This document shows positions 11,828 through 25,600 of a stretch of 64,000 nucleotides of DNA, piece after piece. The DNA is taken from assembly GCA_016618085.1 (NCBI GenBank), contig JABLTG010000109.1, positions 1-64,000 of the forward strand, in the 5' to 3' direction. The DNA comes from Neovahlkampfia damariscottae. Its lineage: Eukaryota. A model generated the notes under the pieces. It saw only the letters and a list, made by a program, of their open reading frames with translations. It ran no database searches and was not told where the DNA came from. Each line of letters starts with the position of its first letter. The first letter of the stretch is position 1. Made by a program: the position numbers and the translations under genes.

Positions 11828-12127
11828 ATGAAGTTGTTATGCATTGTACTCGTTCTTTTAGTCTTATTTGCTTTTGTTCAATCACAAAATTGTGGCAGAT
11901 TCAACTGTAGCTCTGGTCAAAAATGCTGTAGATCAGGTACAAGTTCAAGATGCTGTCCAAGTGATGGTTCATGTTGTGGAACAGGATGCTGTAGACCAAA
12001 AACTAGATGTTGCTTCTCAGCTAGATTCCCATTATGCTGTCCTGAAGGTACAACTTGTTGTGGAAGCACTTGTTGTGCTTCTACACAACGTTGTGAAAAT
12101 CAACAAAGATGTGTCAGAAGAGATTAA
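11828..12127 (+). CDS. Small secreted Cys-rich (granulin-like CC-repeat) protein
   Basis: Signal peptide MKLLCIVLVLLVLFAFVQS, then repeated CC pairs (CCPSDGSCC, CCPEGTTCC). Confidence 0.75.
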   Translation: MKLLCIVLVLLVLFAFVQSQNCGRFNCSSGQKCCRSGTSSRCCPSDGSCCGTGCCRPKTRCCFSARFPLCCPEGTTCCGSTCCASTQRCENQQRCVRRD

Positions 12128-12172
12128 ATTCTTATTAAAGAAAATTGAAATAAATAAAACGTTGACTTTATT

Positions 12173-12373
12173 TCAACTTTCAGTATCATAAAGATCTGAA
12201 AGGGTATCATCATAATCATCTAAATCTCTATTTTTATTGACTTTTTCATTTCTAATCTCATTGGTGTTGAAGTTTGATTCAAAAGTTGATTCTTGCAAAT
12301 CAAAAGTTGCTTCTGATTGAACAATGTAAAAAAGAACAATAAACAAGAATAACAATGTAATTAATACTTTCAT
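12173..12373 (-). CDS. Small secreted acidic peptide of unknown function
   Basis: 66-aa ORF with a clear signal peptide and an acidic tail. Confidence 0.5.
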   Translation of the reverse strand: MKVLITLLFLFIVLFYIVQSEATFDLQESTFESNFNTNEIRNEKVNKNRDLDDYDDTLSDLYDTES

Positions 12374-12619
12374 TTTTCAAAATTCAATATCGTTTTTGAA
12401 CTGGTGGACCAGAATCAATTGAATTTTAAATTTAGAAAAAATAATAGGATGAGTTTATTTTTGGATTCTTGAAAGTGTTTCCATCATTAAATATTTTTTT
12501 TATTCCAAATAGGTACTGTATAGTTTTAAGTCTTGACATTGGTCTTGGCTGGGATGTACATTCTTTATTTTTGTTGTTAACTCAAAGAAGTTAACCAATC
12601 GGATTTTTTCAGTTTGAGG

Positions 12620-13542
12620 ATGAATTATTCAAAGTGGATGGAAGAGTTATCTGCACAAATATTATCAACACCACTTAATAAATTAGTTATACCTGGTAAA
12701 TAAAATGAAAAACTCAAGAAAAAGGAACACATAACTCTGGAAGTTATTCAATCAGTTATTTCTCAGAGTACACTGTTGACGCACCAGAACCAATACTCAA
12801 ATCTAATTTTATGCGGTTTGTATCAAGACCTATTGTTTATAATTACGCAATTTGTCAAAATAGAACAATTTATGAACAACTTAAAGATGGTATTCGTTAC
12901 CTGGATTTTCGTGTTGTAAAAAATAAAAAAGAAGAACTAGGATCTATTTGTCATAGTTTGGATGGTGATTCTTTTGTTTCAATGTTGGACCAAATTTCAA
13001 AATTTATTAAAGAATTTCCAAAAGAAGTAATTTTCATTGATATCAAAAAAGTGTATGGATACAATGAAAAAGAACTGGAAAATTGGATAAATTTATTTGA
13101 ACAATATTGCATAAAAACATTTGGAGAATCAATTTGTCCGTTAAATTTCACAACTTCAACATCAATTGGTGATCTATGGAAGAACAATTTTCAATTGATT
13201 TTTTTTTTACCTTTTCAAACAAAACTTTTTTGGAATTTTGATTTAATAAATAGGTCTTGGGCAAACAAACCTGATGATCAACAGGTCATCAAATTTATTG
13301 ATGAAGAGATATTGAAGCATAAAGATGATGATCGATTGCATCTTTCAGAGTTTATTATTACTGTCACTGAAGAGACTATAAAGCAGAATTTATACTCAAG
13401 TTTGAAATTTTTAGCAATGAAATCAAATAAGGAATTTATGAAAAGTTTGAAAGAAAAGAATAATTTCAATTTGGTTTGTTGTGATTTTTATGAAGAATTT
13501 GATTATGTCAGTTCTTGTATTGAAAAAAATATGAAAAATTAA
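12620..13542 (+). CDS. PI-PLC X-domain protein (PLCXD-like)
   Basis: MNYSKWMEEL...IPG/THNSG across intron ~12696-12724; EQLKDGIRYLDFR; ICHS. Confidence 0.9.
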
Positions 13543-13667
13543 TACCAACTCGATCGGAATTTTAATTACTATTTTTAGAAACCAATCAAATGGTAGACGA
13601 ACAACTTTTCATGTACTCATGTTGGTGTCTATAAATAAAAGGCTTAACCAAATCAAAAAATCAAACA

Positions 13668-15378
13668 ATGGACCTCTTACAATTATACACACCATATCTC
13701 ATATCATTTTTTTCACTCATAGTAGCTTATTATTTCTTTCAAAAAAACACATCTCAAGAAGCTCAACCTAAATTCCAACATTTGGGTTTCACTGTAACAA
13801 AACATGAACCAAAAGAAGATGGTAACAAAAAAAAAAAGTTTAAATCAAAAGGAAAATCATGCACATGCGGATTAATCCTTAAAGACAAACACATGTTATC
13901 ACTTCATCTTGAAATGCAAAATTCATCAACCTCAGAAAGAGATGAAACTGGTTGGAAATCGATTGAATTTGATACTATACCTTATATTAAAAATGTTCAA
14001 AGAGGAGTCATTGCAAAAGGTGATTTCGACAATGCAAGTTTCACTGAAATACATTTAGAAAATAATTTCAACGCTGATGAATTGAAAAAAGTACTTTCAG
14101 AAACATCTGACATCACACTTGAAATAAAATCAATCTGTCCAAAAAGTAGATTAGTAGTTACAGTTGGAATTGAATCAAAGACATGGAGATTATTTGACAA
14201 AAACCCACCAAAAGAGCTGAAAGAATTCAAATCAAAATACACCAAAAATGAAGAAATAGTTTTTCCAGCTACTGGAGGAGATTTATTCTTGATGATCAAA
14301 TCAACTAGAATGGACTTGTGTTACGAATTTGTCAAACGGTTCACAAATAAATTAGGAAAAAACGTTAAAGAATACAAAGAAATTTTAGGGTTCAGATACA
14401 TGCCTGTACCAATGGCAGCCAAAGATTTATCAGGATTCATTGATGGCACCAGAAATCCTGATCATTTATTACGGTAAAACGAATCATTGTTTCTTACATT
14501 TTTGAAGTGCAATTGCTGATGAAGTTGTTATTTTCCCCGATGATGATAGTGATGATGATGAATCTCATACAGGAGGAACATATATGTACACTGGAAAATT
14601 TATTCATAATTTGAAAAAATTTGAGTCTTTTGGAAAAGATGAAAAGAATCAAATCATTGGCAGAGATTATCACCAATCAAAGCCTCACAGAGGATATGAT
14701 AGTCGACCAGAAAATCCACATTTAGAAAACCCAAGCCCTGCATCTCATACACACAGAAGTTATGGAAGTATGTATAGACATGCAATGCCATTTAGAGGAG
14801 AAAAAGAAGAAGGTTTGTATTTTGTAGCTGTTTCAAGATCACTGGACGATTTAGACACTGCCATCAATAGAATGTCTGGACACTTTGATGAAAAGGGAGA
14901 GACAGATAATTTATTTAAATTTACGAAAGCAGAAACATCTAATTATTATTATGTTCCCTCATTGGTGGAATTAAGAAATTTGGAAAAACGAACAGTGATT
15001 AAGAAACCAGAAATGGAAAAGGAAAAAAAAGAAAATGATGCAAAAATAATCATAACAATTGAGTTTTGCACAAATTGTGGATACAAGACTCTCTTTTTAG
15101 AACAAAAAAAACTTTTGGAATCAATTTCAAAAGATATCAAAGTTGTGGGTAATTTAGTATTTCCAAGATTGAGTGCCTATGAAGTCAAAATACAAAATGG
15201 ACCTACATTGTGGTCAAAATTATCTCAAAAAGATGGAAGAAATAATTATCCTCATGTGTTCCCAAAAAATGAAGATTTGATCAATGGAATGAAGAAATAT
15301 TTGAGAGTTAAAGAAATTGAAGTGAAAATAAAAAAACCAAAAATATATTCGCACGGAACAAGAACTGGAGTTTGGTAA
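13668..15378 (+). CDS. DyP-type haem peroxidase fused to C-terminal Rdx (SelW/SelT/SelH-like) CxxC domain, with N-terminal anchor
   Basis: GFIDGTRNP (GxxDG), proximal His in ASHTHR, MYRHAMPF; intron 14474-14507 joins the two ORFs in frame; C-terminal IEFCTNCGY...AYEV...LWSK...FP. Confidence 0.85.
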
Positions 15379-15410
15379 ATAAAATTTACTGAAAGATTTA
15401 AAAAAAACAA

Positions 15411-17720
15411 TTAATCTCGATATAACATTTTTGGTAATACTAATTTATCTGCCAAAACTTGTGAATTGCCATAATTTGGGTTTCCTTTTTCCCAAACCAA
15501 TAGATATCTTGTTGACACTAGTTCTTCATCTTGTACCGTGTATCCCCAATCAAATACTTTATGTCCAGAACTATCATTGATTACTTCACAAAGTGCCATG
15601 CACATTACTCCTTTAGTTTGACTATTTTTCCAATTCATGTTGTTTGATCCCATATAACCCAATGAAGTTGCTAGTGCTTTGGCAAGATAAATACCAGGTC
15701 CAGCAGCTGCTCCAGCTGACATTTTATTTGTATTACTATAATTTTTCAATCCTGATCTTAAAATACAATGCCAATTTCCAGAGTTACTTCCATGAAATGC
15801 ATAGAAAGATCCAAATTTTTTTCTCTTTTGACGGAATTTCATTTCTGCTTCTGGATTTCCTGAAACCATAATATATTGAACTATATCAGAAGATAATCCT
15901 GATATTTTCTAAAAAACTGAATTAATTATGATTTTTTTACATCTTTATCCAATACTTTGGCAAAATGAGCTCTATTGGATGATAAAATCCATCTGAACAT
16001 TTGATAAGCCAAAGGATCACATTTTTCAAGATTTTCTTTCAATTTTTGTCCATTTTTCAAATTCCCCAATGATTTGATTGTTGGAATGGTGTTAATCACT
16101 TGTTTCTTGAAAATTTAGAACATGAAAATGTTTACTGCTTTTCTAGCTATTTCTGTGTCATCCCCTTTGAAGTTATATTTTCCATTTTCTATATTTTTTG
16201 GTGAAGGACTCATATCTCTCACCCCATTGGTTGATTCTGCAAGTCCAGCTGCAGAAAATGTTAAACTCACCAATAAATTGACAATTTCTGGATGATTCTT
16301 AACTTCAGACATTAAATCTATACCAAGACCCTTTTTTATTAGTACTTTAAAAATTGATAGTTACATATTGTTCGAGTGAATGATTACATAAAATCTTGAA
16401 AAATTAAAGAAAAATATTCTTACTGAATCACAAACAGTTGGTTTCAATCCACTATATCCAAGTGGTATATCACAAATTACACAATTATTTGAGCATTTAG
16501 ATATTTTATTTTTCAAAAAAGTTACAATACCAACCATCAAATTTCCTTTCACTTTTAACAAAATTACACTTTTTGGGATAACTTACAGAATAAATTTTCA
16601 TCTCCATCAACTTTGATATGTTGATTGAATACTTCTAAAACATTTGTTGAATCTTTTTCTGTGATCTCTTCTTCAACTGTCAAATCAAGAACATTAGGGA
16701 ATGATTCTAATTTTTTTAATAATTCTTTTTTCAAAATCCAATTTTTTCTCAAACATGTTGATAACCTATTTTTCAAAAACCAATTCAAGACACCAAAATC
16801 TCCAAATTTATCTTTTATTTCACTTGCTGATAAATCTTTGTCTTTTGTTTGATAAATTCCATATTTTGAAAATTTAGGTTCCTTTTTGAATAATTTATTA
16901 AATTTAGAGGATTTACCTTTGATGATGATAGATAATTCCATTCCATTTCCAACTAAATAATTAAACAATTGACCAATGAAATGTTACTTCGATAACTAAT
17001 CTTCTTCCTCTGTCAATACAAAGAGCATCAGCATTCCATTCATTTAACCAACCCATAGTGATACCTATTCTAATTAAATAACTATAAGTTGGTAATAAAA
17101 TCAATTCAATGGATATTGATTTTCCTAAATAATCTATTGCCAATTTTATATCATTTTCAAGTTGTTTTTTATGCTCTTCAAATTCTTTTTGTGGAATGTC
17201 TACTAAACCATCTGAACTTTGTATATAATTTTCATCCATCAATGAATCACTTTCTAAATAAATCACTTGTTCTTCGTCTTCATCAGGAAAACTTTGAAGT
17301 TGCTGTGTCGGAGTAAAATCTTTTTGTGAATCTGATTCATTTGGAGTGCCCTCAGCATACTATAAATTTTAAAAAAAATGAACTCATTTACTTTGGCAAT
17401 ATTTTCATCTCTGACTCCTGAATAACGTGTTAAAGTAATTAGTATTGCTTCTTCAAAATTTGTGGCTTGAATTTCTTGTTTGTTGTCTTGGTGAAGACAA
17501 AAGAATAAAATACCTTTCTTTTGAAAAATTATTTCAAATTCTTCTTCTATTAAGTCTAAATTCATTTTGATTTCATCTTTTTGTTGTTTGACATCTTTTT
17601 TGAATTTAGAAAATTTTTGTTGTTTTTCACCTGAAATGAGTTCCTTTAGGTAAATACTTAGTTGTTTTTCGGGCTTACTTCTTCAAGAAAAGGCTCTAAA
17701 AAGTCAATGTTCAATGACAT
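15411..17720 (-). CDS. PARP6/8/16-like mono-ADP-ribosyltransferase, multi-exon
   Basis: AFHGSNSGNWHCILRSGL, GPGIYLA, MALCEV, STRYLLV; upstream CVICD...LKPTVC Cys cluster; no catalytic Glu. Linkage of the 5'-most exons is less certain. Confidence 0.8.
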
Positions 17721-17858
17721 CGTTTCGTTTTCAGTTTGACCTGTTGGGTTTGATTGGTTAATTTCAACCATTATTTTTAAAGGTATACCACGATAATGAT
17801 GATCAAAATATTCACAGCAGTTTTTTTTGTTTTATGAGCAAATCAGAATTTTTAACCA

Positions 17859-19046
17859 ATGAAGTTGTTGGTTTGTTTTCTTTTCACATTCAGTTTGTTG
17901 GTTCACAACTTGGAATTATCTCACGGAGGTGCACTTACCACAAAATTCATTGAATGTAATCCAAAATTTGAACAACAAATTTTAGTGGAATTCAAGAAAT
18001 ACTATTGTTCATTGAATGAAACTTTCACATTTTTGAAGTTTGAAGAATCAACATTATATTTCACAAGCAATCAAAAAAATAGAGATATTATATATTATTG
18101 GAACCAAAAAGAAATGAAAATTGAACAAAAAGATTTTAAAATTGGTAAATTTTACAAAACCCAAATCAATTATTTGGATAAACAAATTCAATTAAAAATG
18201 AGAAAGAAATTTGATAAAATACATTTTATTGAACATATTGAAATTAAAAATCCAAGAAAATTTGAAAAAAAAATGAGAGAACCAATCTCTATTCTCAGTT
18301 ATAATTTATTTAACTTTAATGACAATTGGAAACTGAGGTTTAATTTAATTATTGAAATGATTAAATTAAGGGATATAGATGTACTTTGTTTTCAAGAGAT
18401 TAGGTTTTCAGGTGAAAATGAATCAAATTTTCAATTTGATTTTTTGAAAGAATTATTAGTTCCTTTAGGCTATATTTATCATACATTTGATTGTTCAATG
18501 ATTTATCAACATGATAATGAAGAAGAAGGACTGGCTATATTTTCAAAACATCCAATCATTTCCACTGAAAAAAAGTTACTCAACAGAAATTTGAATGATG
18601 AATTGTCTCATCAAAGAATTTTAATTTATTCTGAAATAGAAGCTTCTGATGGTAATATTATTCAAGTATTCAACACACATTTATCATTGAATTTGGATTC
18701 TAACTTTCAAAACGCAAAAGAAATAGTTAAATTTATGAAAACAAAAAAATCAATGAAAAACACTCAAATTCTAGTCGGAGATATGAACGCTGAACCAAAT
18801 ACCAAATCTATTCAATATTTTAAGAAATACTACAAAGATTCATGGGAAGTATTCGGAAAAAATCCAAAACTTGAATTCACATTTCCAACTAAAAATCCAC
18901 ACAAAAGGATTGATTTCATTTTTTTTGAATCCGAAACTTTGAAGTTAAATCAGTTTGAAATTATCAATCAAAATTTTAATGGGGTGAATTCTTCAGATCA
19001 TTTTGGACTGGTAAGTTATTTTCTCCCCGAGAGAAAAGGTTTTTGA
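17859..19046 (+). CDS. Secreted endonuclease/exonuclease/phosphatase (EEP) family protein
   Basis: Signal peptide; SYNL, LCFQE, NTHL, GDMN, RIDFIF and SDH motifs. Confidence 0.9.
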   Translation: MKLLVCFLFTFSLLVHNLELSHGGALTTKFIECNPKFEQQILVEFKKYYCSLNETFTFLKFEESTLYFTSNQKNRDIIYYWNQKEMKIEQKDFKIGKFYKTQINYLDKQIQLKMRKKFDKIHFIEHIEIKNPRKFEKKMREPISILSYNLFNFNDNWKLRFNLIIEMIKLRDIDVLCFQEIRFSGENESNFQFDFLKELLVPLGYIYHTFDCSMIYQHDNEEEGLAIFSKHPIISTEKKLLNRNLNDELSHQRILIYSEIEASDGNIIQVFNTHLSLNLDSNFQNAKEIVKFMKTKKSMKNTQILVGDMNAEPNTKSIQYFKKYYKDSWEVFGKNPKLEFTFPTKNPHKRIDFIFFESETLKLNQFEIINQNFNGVNSSDHFGLVSYFLPERKGF

Positions 19047-19104
19047 TTATTGGTTGGATTATTAGATTGCCATTTTTAGAAGTTCAAACAAAAATTGAAA
19101 AGAG

Positions 19105-19560
19105 ATGAAAGTGTTTTTAACATCAATATTAGTGGTTTTAATACTTTTTAACACATCAATGGCTTCAAAAGCAACAAGAATATGTTCAAAAACAACTCTA
19201 AATTTTCCAGCTAAATATCAAAATCATCAACAGGAATTTATTCAACAGTTTCAACTGATTAAAATAAAAATGGAAGAACTTTTAGGCAATATATCATTAA
19301 AAATTGATCGAATTCAACAAAAACAATCCATCTTTGATTTTTCAATTCTAAATTATCAGTTGGGACCAACATTGGGTTTTTTAGTAATTGTGATTTGTCT
19401 CATTATTAATATTCATTGGGTCCTATCATACCCTGGTTTTATAGAAGACTTTAAGAATAACATGAGAATTATTAAAGTTTTGACGATTTATGCCTTCAAG
19501 AGATACTTGTGTCGTCAGAGTAAAAGAAAAAAAATTGAAAAGTCAAATGTTCCAAATTAA
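19105..19560 (+). CDS. Small membrane protein (signal peptide + TM)
   Basis: 151-aa ORF with an N-terminal signal and an internal hydrophobic helix. Confidence 0.6.
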   Translation: MKVFLTSILVVLILFNTSMASKATRICSKTTLNFPAKYQNHQQEFIQQFQLIKIKMEELLGNISLKIDRIQQKQSIFDFSILNYQLGPTLGFLVIVICLIINIHWVLSYPGFIEDFKNNMRIIKVLTIYAFKRYLCRQSKRKKIEKSNVPN

Positions 19561-19642
19561 ATTTTTCTAGATACACCATATTTTTTAAATTGAAATAATT
19601 GAGTCATCAAACTGATGTGTCACTATTGACCAATCAAAAACG

Positions 19643-22600
19643 ATGAACAAATTTTTGCTTTCAATCGTGTTTGTGTGTTTGCTACTGGTATTAAACTTAA
19701 AAGCAGCAGATGATATGAATCCAAAACTCTTCTATGGAGAAAGTGAGTTTATTACAAAGGGTTCATTATTCTCCACAAAGAGTCCATTCGAATTTCGATC
19801 TCAAGAAACAGATGCAAATAAAGATCTCTATATTGGTCAAAAAGAGGTAGATCCTGTATTTTTCGAATCATGGGTAATATATAATTCATTTTTTCTGACA
19901 ACTTCAGAGCTTATCTGGCGATGGATCAATGGTAAAAACTTCACAATTTAAGAAATATTTTTAGAGCTTAAAAATCAAATCTTACAAAGGGCTTGATGCT
20001 TTACAACAAGCACATCTTTTATTGATGGTTTTTTTCATTTTTTTTTGAAACTTTTTCATAGGTTCGTTCAGATGTTGATTTAAAAAATCCGATGGTTTGT
20101 TTGGCTTTAAAAAATGAGGTGAACATCGGTTTTGACAATGGTTATACAAAATTCATGTATAGGTCAGTATCTGGAAATGTTCCTACCAGCACATCAATAA
20201 GAAATCCAATTTTATCAAAAATGTATTTCAGTTTTGCCAAGTTTGGATTTGTTTGTTTTTTTTTTAATTATTTTTCAGGTTAACAAGAAAAGGAAAAACT
20301 ATTATAGCTTATCTATCAGATGATGAAGTAACCTGGCATAAAATAAATTCTGTAGACATCCAACTTGGAGATGTAAAAATTAAAAAAAAATTAAAAAAAA
20401 AAACTTTTCCAGAAAGCTATTTGGGCCATTGGACAAGATCCTACAACAGCTGAAGTTGTACAAAGTGGCGTTATATTTGAAAAAGTGAAATTCTATGGTT
20501 TTGGAAGTGGATGTGAAACAAATCAATTTTATCATTGGGACACAGAAAGATGTGAAGCTATTCGTAAAAAAAATACAAGATTAATTATTTTTAGAAAATT
20601 TTAATGAATGTGGATCAAATCAATGGAGATATAAATTTTTCAGTGCACTTTCAGAAGGAAATAATCAATTGAACGATTATGAACCAGTTTTACAAATTAA
20701 TGCAGATTCAATAGTCATAAATTCAATGATAAAGAATGGTTATGGTGATAAAGAATTAACTGATCAAATGGTTTTGGCTTTCAAACAGTTATCTGGTGAT
20801 GGAAGATTAACAGCGAAAATATCAGAAATAACTGGATCAGTTTTGAATTCCGGAGGTGTTGGAATACGTCAAGATTTGAATAATATTGAAGGAAAAGGAT
20901 CAATTATTGCTCTTTGTGGTATTCCACGAGAAGCAGATCCTATTTTTCAATTTCGCACAAAATCAGCAGATCCTTCTAAATATATCGTTTATGGGTCAAA
21001 AACATCAGCAGATTTATCATATTTTGTTAGAATAGAAAAAGTAGGAGATGCTATTACTTGTTCTTATTCATTGGACAACAAGAATTATATCAAATCTGAG
21101 CCACAAATTATTAAATTTGGTTCTGGAACAATTTATGTTGGAATCTTTCAATTTTCTGAGGACAAAACACCAACAAGCACTAAATATACCGAAATTACTT
21201 ATGAAGGTTTTAAAGGATATTGTAATGACCATGCCAAGTTCTGTTTACCCAATTCTGGAAAACTTGATTTTTGTAAATGTGATTCTGGTTATTCAGGTGA
21301 TTTTTGTGAAAAATTTACTTGCTATGGAATAGAAAATGACAATACAAATGTTTGTAATTCTCACGGTAGCTGTACTGCTTTAGATAACTGTATTTGTGAA
21401 TCCACATTCACAGGAAACAATTGTTCAATTCCAATTTGTCATGGCAAGCCTGCAACAGATGCTAATGTTTGTAATTCTCATGGTTCATGTATTGCTCCAA
21501 ATACTTGCTCATGTTTTGGTGGATATTCTGGATCACAATGTGAAACTCCTATTTGCTTTGGATATTCATCAACTGACACAAGAGTTTGTTCAAATTCAAA
21601 AGGAACTTGTGTTGTAGCAGATACATGCTCATGTAATACAGGATATACAGGTGTTCAATGTCAAATTCCACTATGCAATAATACTCAAAATCCTATGGCA
21701 TGTTCAGGATCAAATGGGACATGTGTTGATGTAGATACATGTACATGCACCACAGGTCATTCTGGAAAGAACTGTGAATTAAATATCTGCTTTGGATTGA
21801 ATTCAAATGTAAATTCTGTTTGTAGTTCACAAGGTAATTGTGATGGACCAGATTATTGCGTTTGTAATTCTGGATATCAAGGATCAAATTGTGAAATACC
21901 TATTTGTTATGGTCAAATAGATCCTATTGCTTGTTCAGGAGAAAATGGAACATGTATAAAACCAAATGATTGTAAGTGTTCTGTTGGTTATTCTGGATCT
22001 GAATGTAACTTGAAAAAATGCAATGGAAAACTTTCAAATGATCCAAATGTTTGTAATTCTCGTGGTTCTTGTAATTCTCCAGAAGTATGTACCTGTCAGT
22101 CAGGGTATACTGGAATTTATTGTTCAATTCCAATTTGTTACGGAAATATTGAACCTATGTCATGTTCAGGAACAAATGGAACTTGTATTGATTCTGATAC
22201 ATGTAGTTGTTCTGCTGGATTTGCTGGAAATAACTGTGAATTGCCAATATGCTTTGGAAGATTTGCAAATGATACAAATGTTTGTGAATCTCATGGAACT
22301 TGTATTGCACCTAACACTTGCTTATGTAACTCAAATTATCAAGGATCAAATTGTCAAAATCCAATTTGTTATGGAATTGTTTCGACTGAAACAAATACAG
22401 TTTGTTCTGGAAACGGGGTGTGTACATCACCAGACAGTTGTTCTTGTAAAAAAGAGTATTATGGGAATCAATGCAACATTCATATGTGTAATGGAAAGTT
22501 ATCAAATGATACAACAGTTTGCAGCAATCATGGAAGTTGTATTGATAGAGAAAAATGCATTTGTGAAAACTCTTACACTGGAAAGGATTGTCAATATCCA

Positions 22601-25600
22601 ATATGTTTTGGAATTGGAGGAAATGATCAACAACAATGCTCCACACATGGATCTTGTATTGCCCCAGACGTTTGTGCTTGCAAGCCAGGTTGGAAATCAA
22701 AAAAATGTAATGCTATTACTTGTCAAGATTTAGATAATTGCGGGGTATTATCAGGTCATGGAAGTTGTATTGGAGCCAATTTATGCAGTTGCTCATCTCA
22801 ATGGTCAGGAACAAATTGTTCAGATCCTGTTTGTTACGGAATTTCTGGAGGGAGTCCATCTGTATGTTCATCTCATGGAACATGTAAAAATCCAGATAAT
22901 TGTGAATGTTTTTCAAGTGGATACTCAGGAGCACAATGCAACATAACTGTTTGTACAGAAGTCAATGATTGTTCATCAAATGGATATTGCACAGGTGCTA
23001 ACAATTGTTCTTGTTTTGTCGGATGGGAAAATAAGAACTGCAGTACTTTTAATTGTGTTGCTCAAAATAATTGTTCATATCCAAAAGGGAATTGTATTGG
23101 ACCAAATTCATGCAATTGCACCTCTCAATGGACAGGAAAAAATTGCAAATCTCCAATTTGCTTTGGAAAAAGTTCTTTAAAAACTGATGTTTGTTCATCT
23201 CATGGAATTTGTGTTAATCCTGATAATTGCACATGTACAAATGGATGGGATGGAAACAACTGCCAATATCCAATATGCGAATCAATTGTTTCAACTGACC
23301 CAACAGTTTGTAGTTCAAAAGGAAATTGTTCTTCTCCCAATGAATGCACGTGTATTTCTGGATATGCAGGGAGCAATTGTCAGTATACCATATGTAATGG
23401 AATATCAAGTCGATTTTCCGTATGCTCTTCTCATGGAAATTGCAGCGCTCCTGATGTCTGTAATTGCGAAGATGGATATACAGGAATTGATTGTCAACTT
23501 CCAATTTGTTACGGAAAACCAGCAAATGAATCATTAGCTTGTACATCAAACAACAGAGGAACATGTACAGCTCCGAACAGTTGTTCTTGTAATGCTGATT
23601 ATAGTGGAAATGAATGTGAGAATACTAAATGTTTTGGAGTTGATTCGACTGATAAAAAATCATGTTCATCACATGGAAATTGTACTGGACTTAATCAATG
23701 CAATTGTCAACCTTCTTATTACGGAAATAACTGTGAATTCTCTGATCTCTTTGATTTTGTTGCTGGAATTTGTCAAATACCGAAGTGCACTTTTAATCTC
23801 ACAGATTTCAAACTATGCGTTGAAAAAGGAGTGGATTGTTATTGTAACAAACAGTTTTCAGATAATTTAATCACCTGTGATTCATCTTTTAGAATTACTG
23901 CAATTCAATTTAGAAACACAGGTTTTAGTGGACCTATTGGAAATATGCTCAATTTCACATCATTAGAAACTCTTGATTTATCTCACAATCAAATAAATTG
24001 TGATCAAGATTTTATATATACTTTACCAAATTCATTGAAAACAATGAATTTAAGTTATAATCAAATTACAGGAGCGAATTATGAAATCAATACAACTTAT
24101 TTCTCCAAATTTGAAAATTTGATAATGGATGGAAATTCTGGGTGTGGAGTTTATCCAAAAACCTGGCTAGAAAATAGATTCACAGTTTCCACCAAAAATC
24201 ATCAAAAATCTTTTTGGTGTGATAAATTAAACAGTGAAGCATGTGGAAAACTCAGTTTAACAGAACAAAAATACACAATGTTACCACATGAAACTTTTGT
24301 AATTATTACATATTCAACTTCAAGTGAATGTCAAAATCAATTAGATGATTCTAATGTCTATTGCAGATCAACAAAATTGGATCATTCAAATTCAAATGAA
24401 TTTGAAAAATCCAGTGCAAATTTAATAAAATCAAGGGTAATATGTCCAAGAGATAATTTCTTGCCAGATATTGATCAATATCTTTCAATTGTTTGGAAAT
24501 ACAACTCAACTTTAAGTGAAGAAATTTCAACGAAATTGAATTTGGTGAATTTACCTTATGCACATATATTATCAATACATCGTCATTTAATTTATTCAGA
24601 TAACTCAGGTCAATTTCAAAATGTAATTTTAACAATGGATCAAAATATTACAATATACAAAAAATCAGAGAGTGATGTTGTGAAGTGTGGAATTGTTACA
24701 GATAATATTTTCATTGATGCAATATCCACGTCAACTGTTGGAAATCAAGTATTTTGTTCGGTTCCACTCGGTATTCCTAACACTGGGGAAAAGAAATTAG
24801 TTCTTTTTGAATCAACCAAATCTCAAAATATCACTTTGAATTCGGTATCATTTTGGTTGGTCAATTGGAAATTTACAAATCCAGAGATTGCTGCTTCGTA
24901 TATTGGAAATATTTTGATCACAGATATAAAGGATAATTTGATTCCAGGAAAGGATGGATTCAACTATAAATTGAACAATACTCAATATTCAATTGATTTT
25001 CCTTGTTCATTTTCATCTAACAAAATCCAAAGTTGTTTAAAATCAAATTCAATTACGTCCTATCCTGGAGATATTTCAATCATTCCTTTATCATTATCAG
25101 ATGGAAATGTTGTGATCTCCACGGTCGAAACAGTTTTCTTCAAAAAGAATGGTGTGGAAAAAATATATCCAGATGCAATTGTTGCAGGAACTACATCGGA
25201 TGTTTTTGTGACATTTAACAGTTCAACATTTATCACTGCATTGAATATGACATTTTCTTGCGTCCATCAAACAGGAAATTTTTCAGCTGTTGTAATCAAC
25301 TCAACGACAATCAAATGTCTTGCTGTTAATTATCCATCATCGCAAGAATTCCTTTTTAGTATTCATGGAATTTATGAAAAATTCAACATAATTTTAAACA
25401 ATGTTCCAATTCAATTTTTCACCATTAAAAGAAATTTAATTTATCCATCACAATCTGTTGTATCACTGAATGGATCAAGAGATTTTGAATTTTCTTTTGT
25501 TGAACAAATTTCATCAAACTTACAAAATTCTTTTGAATGTGAATTGCAAGATTCAACAAGGATAAAAGCTGTGCAAATTGACTCAAATGAATTTAAATGT

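Noticed and set aside
15040..15410. Possible selenoprotein (Rdx domain)
   Set aside because: The motif is TGC-ACA-AAT-TGT (CxxC, no TGA), and the ~30-bp 3' gap leaves no room for a SECIS.
7884..17720. Fragmented ORFs suggesting stop-codon reassignment or frameshifting
   Set aside because: The breaks examined are resolved by short GT-AG introns, and TAA, TAG and TGA all terminate intact genes.
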